A DNA stretch of 64,000 nucleotides, taken from contig OX597816.1 of NCBI GenBank assembly GCA_951406725.2, forward strand, positions 22,568,001 to 22,632,000. Reading direction: 5' to 3'. The stretch comes from Octopus vulgaris (taxonomy: Eukaryota). Numbering within the stretch: the stretch's first letter is position 1; each line of letters opens with the position of its first letter. Under the pieces are notes generated by a model that had not been told where the DNA came from, ran no database searches, and worked only from the letters and a program-made list of their open reading frames with translations. Positions 52,973-64,000 of this stretch are shown here, in pieces. A program made the position numbers and the translations under genes.

Positions 52973-55900
52973 GGGCTTCTTTCATTTTCCGTCTTCAAAA
53001 TCCACTCACAAGTCTTTGGTCGGCTGGAGGCTATAGTTGAAGACACTTGCCCAAGGTGCCACGCGGTGGTACTTAACCCGGAACCATGTGGTTCGTAAGC
53101 AAGCTACTTTCCACACACACAGCCACTCCTGCGCCTATTATTAAGGAATATCATATTATAAATATTATATTACGAATTATTCAGAAATATTATATTACAA
53201 ACTAAATCCTAATTACCTATGCTCATATCATTGTTTATATAGGTGTCACTGAACTCTTATAAAATACTAGACTGTAAAGATATTCGTCAAAGGAGGAAGT
53301 TTTCAATAATGCTATTCATTACACTAAATATAAGAAACTCAATGTTCAAGTAGAAGAAATGTCCAACAGTAATTGCAATACGAAGCAAGTGATATATCAA
53401 TTTAAAGTTGGTGAAATGTAATACGTCACTTTGAATATTAGAAGTGCAATATATCATCTGAAGTTATAAATTTGTAGCAAAATAATATATTGTTAAATGT
53501 ATATATAAGTTATAAAGTATTGATGTATATTCAGAGACTTCTACCGTCGTAATATGAAAGCATCCATCGACGATTGACAATTACAAGTCGGATGGAGGAT
53601 GAGTGTGTTATAGTAGAAAATTTTCCTCAAGGCCATTACCGATGTACATGAAACAGCTGCTAGTAGAATGTGAATACCGTCCTTCGACGATATTAAGCTG
53701 ATTTGATATATGGCAGGTTAATAATTCAGATGAGTAAAAGAGAAAAAAAGTAATTCAGTTTGCTTTATGAAAGCCTCTTAAGGGTGAACAGCATTAACTT
53801 ATGTGATGAGAGATAGGATGTTGAATGGTGACAGTCAAGAAACGCGTTACTTTGATTCGCAGTCAAGTAAGGAAAAGTGATACCGTGATCTTTCTGTCGA
53901 AGATATTCAGAATGAGGAGAAAGGGAGGAAGTATCCTAAACACTAAGAACTTATCCATCCGACAGCTTACTACAGAGTATACTCCAAGAGAGCTACACAA
54001 ATGACAGGTGTCGGTGTGTTAACTGATGCAAAGCATGAGGACCAAAGAACATGAATTCAAAACACAGATGCTACATAAATTCCGGAAGCACCTGCCGACG
54101 CATTATCAATTCTGTTAATCAACCTCCCAGGATTGGTTCCTTATTTTATAGATTCCGCAAAGACGAAAAGCAATGCTGACCTTTACAGAACTTCATCTTA
54201 GACAAGTGGTAGCCATAAGCTCTAAACATTCGGATAATTCGCCTGTGCATGTTTTATACGTGTATACCATAACGCTTTATACATGCTAGGCCACTGGTGG
54301 TGAAATTTCTAAAAATATTCGCCATCCTATATATTTACGAATATGATTTTAGCATTTCGAAGATCGGTTCAGCATTCTTCATCTACTACCGACTGAAACT
54401 GCGCTTGCGCGGTGAATTTTGAAAAGTTATGACATATAATGATGAGACGCGTGTTATTTGTTTCTAAATTATATGTTAATTGTTAAGGCATGGTTACTGA
54501 TGAGGATTAACCTAGCAAATTATTTTATTTGCTGAAGAAATCTGAAATCTAGGTATAACCGTAAAAAAATAATAAGGTAAAAGTTTTTATTTTTGATTCT
54601 CTTCGAAAATTGCTCTTAAATGTGGTTTTGGTCGTTTTGACTGCTTCTTCTAGCGTGTAAAATTTACCTGTTAAAGGTTTTTTGTTCTTGTGTTTAAATG
54701 TTCACTATTTTATATTGAGAATATATTGGCTATAGATAAAATATGTAAAAATATGACCAAATTATAACTTACTAAAGAAATATATCGGTTACGAAATTAT
54801 GGCTTTTTACTCATCATTTAGTAAAGCAACTACTTGTAATATTAAATATTTTCAACAATTCAGTTGCCGTGTACAATAATTATGTTAAGAGACTAATTTT
54901 CTCGAATACACATGCTTATTACATTTTAAATTAATAATTACAACCATTGATAAATATAATTATTTTTCCCACTAATACTTCACTCTAATTCCATTCAACG
55001 AAATGCAATGAATTCATTTTTATATGTAATGTATTCAATTAACTGCAACTTATTTGTGCGACTACGTAAGCGATCTCATTGTCAGAGATATAACAGTAAA
55101 TTATCAATATTTTGTGCTCTACTAAAGAATGTATACTATATCACAAAAATAAGAAGATCTATATTGAAAGTCCTCCTGTACTAAATAGCAAAGACAAATG
55201 TCTCTCATATGACATTCCACTGACAGGAAATAAGGAAATAACGAAGGGATTCATTGGATTATACAGCCATATGCTTTATACCTGGAAATATTGAATTAGT
55301 ATATTAAAATTTGATGATAAGTGCAATGTAATTGATTTTATATCCGCTCACTAAGGACCTTCTTGAGCCTTAATGGATATCATGAACTAAAACTATACTT
55401 TGCTTAATTCATACAAATTTCACATGATACAATTTGCTTGCTACAAACATTGCAAAACTTTATGATGGAACTATGATGAATTTTATGATGAATTTTAATG
55501 AAACTGTGCGAATACGTTTTGATTCTTGATAATTCGTAATGCATGCTTAATTTAGCATTTTGCTCTGTTATAAACAAACACAATATGCGATTTAGAGAAG
55601 TAAGATTTAATAAGAAAAACATCGCTTTTGATGCTGAAGAATATGGCAAATTATAACTGTTTAATCTGTGGATATGTTGAAAATATGATTAGAGTGTTGT
55701 ACAATTTAGAAAGTAGGTTTAATGAAATAAGTAAATATAAATTTTACAATTATTCAAATATGATTTCATTGAATAGCTTCATTCAAATATAGATATATGT
55801 GTTACATTCTCCCCGTCTGCCGTTATTCTCTATTCAAAGTTGCAATGTCATCAGTAAAATTGTTTGAAATATTCATTTGATTAATGTTACGAATGTGGTT

Positions 55901-58900
55901 TTGAAATGAAAATATAGAGAAAAAAATATAGACGCCTGTCTAATTACTGAAAATTCCCTCGCTAACACATTCAATGACATCCGCACACATTCACAGTTCT
56001 TTCTTTTTGTATTGCAATAGTAACAGCTTCGTGCTTGCCATACACGTTTGCCTTCTTTTCTGTAAACAATTCCTAACACATTTAGATTAATAACCTGGTA
56101 TTAAATCATTTCTCTCCAGACATACAATCCTATGAAAACTTCCTACAACGTCTTGTTTTTATTGATAGACCAACTACACCTTATTCCCTGTCTACCATGG
56201 TTATCAAATAACTAGACATGATTCTGTTCTGAAGTATCTCGAAGCACCCTCAAAAAGCAATAAATACTAGCTTGTGTAAATTTATAAACCCTTTTGACGT
56301 CAGCAATATGGAATTATCCGTGGTAAGAATAAAGTTCCTAAAATGGTTAAAGAAATTCGAGCGGTTTTTTTAGTACAATGGTATATGACCTGCCATGTGT
56401 ACAGATGTGTGTTCGAGCCCCTGGTCAGCGTTCGAAATTTCCTATCCAAAATGGGTTTTTCTACCGAATATTTTCATGCTATTATTTATAGCCTTATGTG
56501 TGCTCGTCGAAAGTTTAGAAACTTTTTATGATGACATCAACTAAAGGCATGTATTAACAGGACTAGTTGGTACACTGATATCATTATTCAGAAGAATTTA
56601 AGTAATAGTTGACATCTAAGCAATTTGAAATCAAAGTCGAGTAAAGTAGATTTTCTGACGCTTCAGCGACTCTGCCAAATATATTAAACGTCATAAAACA
56701 TTAATAATTTTTGTACGTACCTGATGAGCGTGTCAAGCTTAAGAGATAGAATTTGCTGAAAAAAATTGTCTTGCTTAAATAAAAAAAAAATTTAACTAGA
56801 TCTCTACAGGAAAAGATTTGGAGTCGCATCTATGAGTTGTTTAATTACTTCTCAACACCCATGCCCACTGGACCACCAAAACAGCAACGACCTTAGTGGG
56901 AAAATTAAGATATTAAATTTGACGAGTGTGTCGAGTAAGGAAGAGAGGAAGTGAGAAAGAAAGTGAGAGAATGAGAGGAATTGGCTGAATTCTTTTGAAT
57001 TCCATTCTAAGATTGAACTGACATTCACCCCTGGCTGTTAAAGGCCCAACCACACACACACACAACACCCCACCAAACATATTTGTTTTACGTCTTCTAC
57101 ATATTTGAATTCCACCTTACACTAGATAACGTCTTATTTACCGAAGTTTAAATTTTGAATTTGTTTAAATTATAAAATTATACCTCAGCTAAAAAGCACC
57201 TTTTGGCTTTCGAATACAGCCTTTGCTTTCTCTTTCTATATTTTTGCTAAGTTAGAATTTCATTGTTTTGGTCAGGATTTTCCAATTTCTTTTTTCATGT
57301 ATCAAGGAACGGATGAAAGCATTAAAAAAATTAAATTCATAGAAAATCAAAAATATTATTTCTATGTTTCCCTTTCCTTAATACTAACAAGAGCACAGTA
57401 TGAGATACATTTGGCTGTTATTTCTAGCAAATTGAACAACGACACAGAGTTGCTTAATTGGCTCATTTGTTGATAAATATAAGTAAACAAAAACTAAAAG
57501 ACACACACACACACAGACATATGAGTGTGTCTGTGTTTTTCCCCCTACCAAGATTGCTTGACAACAGATGATGGTGTGTTTGCGTCCCTGTAATTTAACT
57601 ATTCAGCAGAAGGGACTGATAGAATAAACACTATACTTACAGGGAATAAGTCCAGGGGACTGTTTCTTCGACTAAATGGTGGTGCTCCATCATGGCCCCC
57701 GTGAAACACCTGAAACAAGTAAAAGAATAAAAGAATACGAGAATACGTTCCGTACCACTAAACCAAGAGGTCTCTGAATATGTACGATGTATTTTAAGGC
57801 TAAATAGCAATTCTGTTTACGTTTGTGTAACAGATATTTTGCTTGGATTTGTATAGTATCAGTTTTATCCTTCTCTCTATATTCTCTAGCTGTCGCAATA
57901 TACTATTCTGCTATAGGCACAAGTCCTGAAATTTTTGTGGGGAGAGGGCCAATCAATTAGATCGACCCTAGTACGCAACTGGTACTTAATTTATCGACCC
58001 TGAAAGAATGAAAGGGAAAATCGACTTCGACAGAATTTGAAATCAACGTAAAGACAGACGAAATATCACTAAGCATTTCGCCGGCGTGCTAACGACTATT
58101 GCAGGTTCGCCGCCTTTAACTGTCACAATAAAGAAACATTTCTCATGGCACCAGCACACAATTTACAGATACTTGCATTTTTTATATTTTCATTGAAATT
58201 TTCACGGGTCCAGCTAGTATATATTATTATTTTATGTTAGTGTATATGATATATATTATTGTAAGGCGGCTAGCTAGTAGAAACGTTAGCACGCCGGGCG
58301 AAATACTTAGCGGCATTTCGTCTGCCATTACGTTCTGAGTTGAAATTCTGCCGAGGTCGACATTGCGTTTCATCATTTCGGTGTCGATTAAATAAGTACC
58401 CGTTTCGCACAATGGTCGATATAATCGACTTAATCCCTCTGTCTGTCCTTGTTTGTCCCCTCTATGTTTAACCGCCCCGTGGGTAATAAAGAAATATATA
58501 TATATTATTGTATATGCATCAAACTATGTCGACATTTCTAGAACAGATAAGACATAGACAAACTACTGAACAAATAGAATTCATGACTTCAATATTTTGA
58601 TTTAATTCTATTCTACGGTTCATTGGTCAAGTTTATACTATTGTAGTCATTAGAGAAATCAGGCCTTGTTAACATAATTTTATAGAAATTTTAAGTTACG
58701 TGGTAAGGTATCGGCTCGACCGATATTTAAAATACGTGAAGCATATCGCAGTTTATTTTTATCGGCTGGAATATTTTGTGCGTTCAGTGTAGGCCTGACT
58801 GTTGCATCTGAACTCAGCCTCGAAATTGAAGATGCTCCATGTCGTACTACATCGCTGCTGCATTTGGATTTTATGAGTCATAATATTGTGTCATGGCTAT

Positions 58901-59869
58901 TGCATCTGTTTCCGACCAACCAGAGTCGGATCCTTGAAAATGATATTGCACACGGACCTCCCTCTCTGACAAAGGCTTTAAACAGATCAATCAATGAAAT
59001 AACTATGCTGTTGCTGGTTACATTGTGTGTTTTACATTATTATGATATCACCGAAAGTATGTCCACAACGTGTAAGCTATGTATAACTAAGTGTAGCGTA
59101 TGTGTTGAATGAAAATATCTCTGTTAAATATATATAACCGAAAGTACATCTAATGAGATATTTGATTATAAGTGCCTTACTATTGAACAATCGAGAATCA
59201 ATATCATGTGAACACAGTCTAATATAACAGGTACACCCGCCTTTTACAGATCACAGCTAAGCTTGCTACTAATGATGGTTGGTTAGAACTTTTCAAACAC
59301 AGATGGTTAAAAGATGTTTCAACGGGAAAATTACCTTGCTATTAGAAGTAATGCAACGGATATAGTTTGATCTTCTCATTGACTCTAGAAAACGAAAAAT
59401 TCATAACATTGCACTGAGTAATTAGATTCGTTCTGCTAGAATATTTTGCGCTTTTTTAGTTGAAGTTGGCCATTTTATTCGGGGCACCTGTATATAATCG
59501 ACGGACCTGTTTTGGCAAAATCTACTTTATGCATTCATGAAACAATAATATGGCCATAATAATAATGGTTTTAAGGTATTATCTTTACAAATAACATAAG
59601 AAAAATAAAGAGTGTGTCTAATAAACATATCACCCTAAATTTCAAGTAAAAAGATAACAGAATGATAGTTAACAGTGATCAATGTATTTAATCACTCTGT
59701 ACACACTGAGATTAACGGGCCATGCTCATTCCATATTACTGGTAAACATTCTGAAACATTGCTAGTTCTCATTGTGAGGACATAAATCTTTTGCTTTCAA
59801 TCTCCTCTTGGTCATGGAGCACCGGAGGAGCCGTGAGCTGATCCCGCTATCTTCAAGAAAAAGTTTTCA

Positions 59870-60198
59870 TTCTCTTATTCTCTTATATGGTTCAGTCCAA
59901 TGACTGTAGCCATGCTGGAGCACCACCATTGTAATCATCTTTCCACTTTCCACCTTTGTCGGAGCGGCTTCTGGTTAAGGATGGAGTTCGATGCTACTGC
60001 TCTCTTTTGAGTTTCTTGCTTAGATATTGGCTCATCTGGGGTTTCGGCGAGCCAGAGGTCAAATTCACGTTTGAAAACGTCTACATCCACTCCATGGAGA
60101 CTCCTCAGATTCTTCGGTAGACAGTTAAACAGCTGTGGGCCCTTGAAACCCAAGCTATTGCAGTACATCGTCCATGCCCGAGATGAAGCAGTCGACAC
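59870..60198 (-). pseudogene. 3' end of a CR1/L2-group LINE (ORF2 C-terminus plus 3' UTR)
   Basis: NSLGFKGPQLFNCLPKNLR..VDVFKREFDLWLAETPDEP..RAVASNSI. The short 3' UTR has a CAGTC-attg-GACTG stem-loop and a repeat tail. Confidence 0.8.
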
Positions 60199-61160
60199 AG
60201 AAAATAACTAAGATTGAGAATTTGTCTGCCACGACTTATCCCTGTGTAGGGACTCCTGAATGGAAGTTTTGACTGTTATTGAAAAACAGTAAAGGGAACC
60301 TTTCCTATTGCTTCATTTTCTTCCATCTTCTCCATTATATTGCTGACTACGTATTAGATACGTTTAGAATAACACAAATGCAAATTGATTATATTGAACA
60401 TCATACGAAGCAAAAATACGAAGGCGTCGCATTTCTTCCTTTTATGTGGACGCTATAATAATAAATATAACAGTTCACTTCAAAGATATAGCGAAACAAG
60501 ATAGTTTCTCCGACACAATGACAATAATGATAACGTAGTCTGACTTAGGTACAAAGTGAAAACTGGGTAAAATCGATTATTCTTCTCTGAAGTAATTAGT
60601 GATAAATGATTTTATTGACGAAATACGGATGAAAGCATTGGGTTTAGAATACTTCCTCCCAACATAGTGAGAAGGACGGTAATTTTTCTAAGTTCTGTAA
60701 AAGAACTTGGGTAATTGGGCCTCCAGCCACGCCTTTCACGGTACTCTTAGAGCCAGCAACTTTTCAGTAATCGCTCATGGTTTATGGGAAATATTATTTT
60801 AAGGGTATTTACGATCAAGTAGAATCGTTAGTAAGCGGGAAAATCGCTTAGCGGAATTTCGTCCATCTTTACATTCTGATATCAAAATTCCGCTAAGGTC
60901 AATTTCCTTCGTCGAAGTTGATAAAGTAAATACCAGCTAAGTACTGTGGTGAATTTAATTGACGCACCGCTCCTTCAAACAATCTCGCCTTGTGCCAAAA
61001 ATTGAAATCAATCTAGAATGTATTGCACACGTCAACAAAGAATGACTTTTATAAGTTACAATAGATAACGAAAAATTGCCTTCACTTGAGGTGGTCCATT
61101 TCAAAAACAGAATGACGAATTTTAAAATACATAAGCTGCTAATTATGGAAATGTTAATGT

Positions 61161-61582
61161 TAGGCGTAAGAGTGGCTGTGGTAAGTAGCTTGCCTACCAA
61201 CCCCATGGTTCCGGGTTCAGTCCCACTGCGTGGCACCTTGGACAAGTGTTTTCTACTATAGCCTCGGGCCGACCAATGCCGTATGAGTGGATTTGGCAGA
61301 CGAAAACTGAAAGAAATCCGTCGTATATATGTATATATATGTGTGTGTGTGTGTATGTGTTTGTCCGTCTGTGTTTGCCCCCCCCCTTACCAACATCGCT
61401 TGACAACCGATGCTGGTGCGTTACGTCCACGTAACTTAGCGGTTCGGCAAAAGGGACCGACAGAATAAGTACTTAGCTTCCAAAGAATAAGTCCTGGGGT
61501 CGAGTTGCTCGACTAAAGGCGGTGCTCCAGCATGGCCGCAGTCACAAGACTGAAACAAGTAAAAGGGTAAACGAGTAAAGAG
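61161..61582 (+). mobile_element. Family A SINE
   Basis: Full length; a 3'-half copy lies at ~57520-57745(+). Confidence 0.85.
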
Positions 61583-61882
61583 TTATTTAACTAGTTCATA
61601 AGAACAGCGGGTTACAGCGTGCACTATTTCCCATTGGAACCTAACTAACGAAAGCCATTTCTGAGTAAATTTTAGAAATGCTTTACAGATCAAGGATATA
61701 TTTCGTTCGTATCTTGTTTTGTAAATGAGTTTCAGCATTAAACGAAAGTTAGTTACGTAGAGAAACAGTCGTCTCGAAGAATTAAATATATTATATCTGT
61801 TTATATAAGATGGTTTCACCTGATCGCCACTAGGAATTTAGATAACAGGAATCTCATCATTCATGCACACACACATAAACAC

Positions 61883-61990
<108 letters not shown>

Positions 61991-61991
61991 T

Positions 61992-62025
<34 letters not shown>

Positions 62026-62199
62026 CGATAGACAGACAGACAGACAGATACATGCCAATGCCGAAGAGTGAGAATGAGTGCTCAGCTGTACATAGCTGGA
62101 CAAATATTGTTAACTTACAAATAATATATATAGAGAGAGAGAGAGAGAGGGGGGGAGAGAATGAAAGAGGCACAGACAGAGAGACAGACAGTCAGATTG

Positions 62200-62261
<62 letters not shown>

Positions 62262-62278
62262 ATAGATAGATAGATATG

Positions 62279-63229
62279 TTTCTTTATTAGCCACACAGGG
62301 CTGCACACAGATAGAACAAATTACAAGGTAGAGCTTTTCTTTTGAAGGTTTAAAAAAAAAATAAAATAAAATAAAAAAAAAATAAAAAAAAAAAAAGGAA
62401 GGGGGAGTTTCGATCAAAAGGGATCGTAAAAGGAGAGAAAGAGGACAAAAAAAGGGGGGTTAAAAAAAGGGGGAGAGGAAAAAAAAAATTGATCAATAGG
62501 GATCGTTATCACAGAAATGTCAATATGAAGTGTAAAGGGGAGGACAGGTGAGGTTTACCCGTGGAAAGAAAAGCCTACGGAAAAGACCACGGTAACCTCG
62601 GTCAATGAAGTCACATTTTATATTTCTTTTTTTTTTTTTTTTTTTGCAAATAAGCAACTCTCTGTTTTCGATTTCTGGGTTCATAGGACTATGCTCAAGG
62701 TGGCTTCGTCATTCATACGTGCCATTCTTGCTACATTCACCCATCTTTTTTTAAAACATTCGCTAGACAAAACTTGCCTCTCTACTCTCACTTTCCTTTT
62801 CAAGTGGTACTTGAAGAAGTTGATGAGAGATTGACCAGAGAGGAAAGTGTTTGTCTCCAATCCTTTCAGACGCGTCCACCAGATACATTCTTTCGCCATA
62901 GCCACAAGGATGATGAAAATAGCTCTTCCTTCCCGTTTGAAGGAAGGAGGCGTGACAATATTGACGATAGACTCAGCTGATAAACCGACTCGTCCCACAC
63001 GTGACAGCAGTTGTTCGACATAAGCCCACAGGTCGGAAATTGTTGGGCACTGAACGAGTGCGTGCAGAACGGTTTCGTCGCTCTGACCGCATCTCGGGCA
63101 GGTCGGCCCCGTGTTTCTCGAGCCGTGTCTGTAGAGCTTATCCCGAACGGGTAGCGCTTCTCGGTAGCACTGCCAGGCCAGGGATCTCTGGAAGTTGTCC
63201 ATGGGCCCTGGCCCGAAGGTCGTCCTGAA
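62279..63229 (-). mobile_element. 5'-truncated L1/Tx1-type LINE (zf-RVT C-terminus plus 3' UTR) at a (GATA)n
   Basis: LAWQCYREALPVRDKL..CPRCGQSDETVLHALVQC..LW is open to the stop at 62681. T-rich 3' UTR with AATAAA at ~62283-62288. Both flanks read GATAGATATG. Confidence 0.88.
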
Positions 63230-63245
63230 TAGATAGATAGATAGG

Positions 63246-63371
<126 letters not shown>

Positions 63372-64000
63372 TGACGCATCGTACAATAACTGGAAATTTT
63401 TGCGAGACTTCGTCAGATTGTGTTTCTGTGGATCATTTAAATTATAGATACTGTTACCTAATCCTAAACAGTTTTAAATCAATGGTTAGAAGTATTACAC
63501 GAAAGACATTCTCAAATGCATTTCACGTATTAGATATAAAAATCGATTTTAAAGTTGTTTTAAACATTAATATAAACGTATTAAAACATATTACAACTTG
63601 TTACTACGTTGTTTTTTCAGCCATTTGCAATCATTTCTCCACCATTAATCGAGTCCCTTTCCAAATTCTAGTAATTTTATATCTCTTGAGAAAACGATGC
63701 ATTCTTTTTAAGTTTTTGTTTCCGGTATCAGCGGAGAGATACGCTGAATCTGTTAGAAAAATTTTTAGTATTAATTTTCCAATTTAGGTAAGCTTACAAA
63801 TGTCACCAATAGTTCATAAGCAACTTATGCACTATAAACGGTCTTTGTAGAAGTTCAAACATATAAACTGCATTTCGCAAACCATTTAGGTTACTGTATC
63901 TAATATAGACCAGTTGAGAATTAATTTCAGATCATTGAAGTAGAGATCGATAATAAGCTGTATTTGTTTCGCAGCTTAATTCATGCTTGCTATCCATAAT

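Noticed and set aside
54439-54505. C/D-box snoRNA (ATGATGA..CTGA) or hammerhead (CTGATGA, also at ~56721)
   Set aside because: No convincing terminal stem or guide, and no GAAA after a stem II.

Overview
AT-rich, microsatellite-dense eukaryotic DNA made almost entirely of transposable elements. The repeat inventory (tRNA-derived CORE-type and Nin/Deu-domain SINEs, long (TA)n/(CA)n/(ATT)n tracts) points to an octopod cephalopod such as Octopus sp.; this is an inference. I recognise no host protein-coding exon, so the window looks intergenic or intronic, and most ORF-track entries are microsatellite artefacts. The main coding element is a decayed Ty3/Gypsy (CsRn1/Kabuki-like) gag-pol on the minus strand (28886-32976). 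It has no LTR pair; it is bracketed instead by a 33-bp direct repeat and ends in a 21-nt SINE 3' tail. Other remnants are an R4/Dong-type endonuclease, a Penelope GIY-YIG endonuclease with a fold-back hairpin and a hammerhead-like motif, two L1/Tx1-type LINE fragments (one inserted at a (GATA)n), a CR1/L2-type LINE 3' end sharing its tail with the commonest SINE, a Merlin transposase, a Helitron and Tc1/mariner MITEs. Four SINE families are present, one forming multimers flanked by target-site duplications (TSDs).
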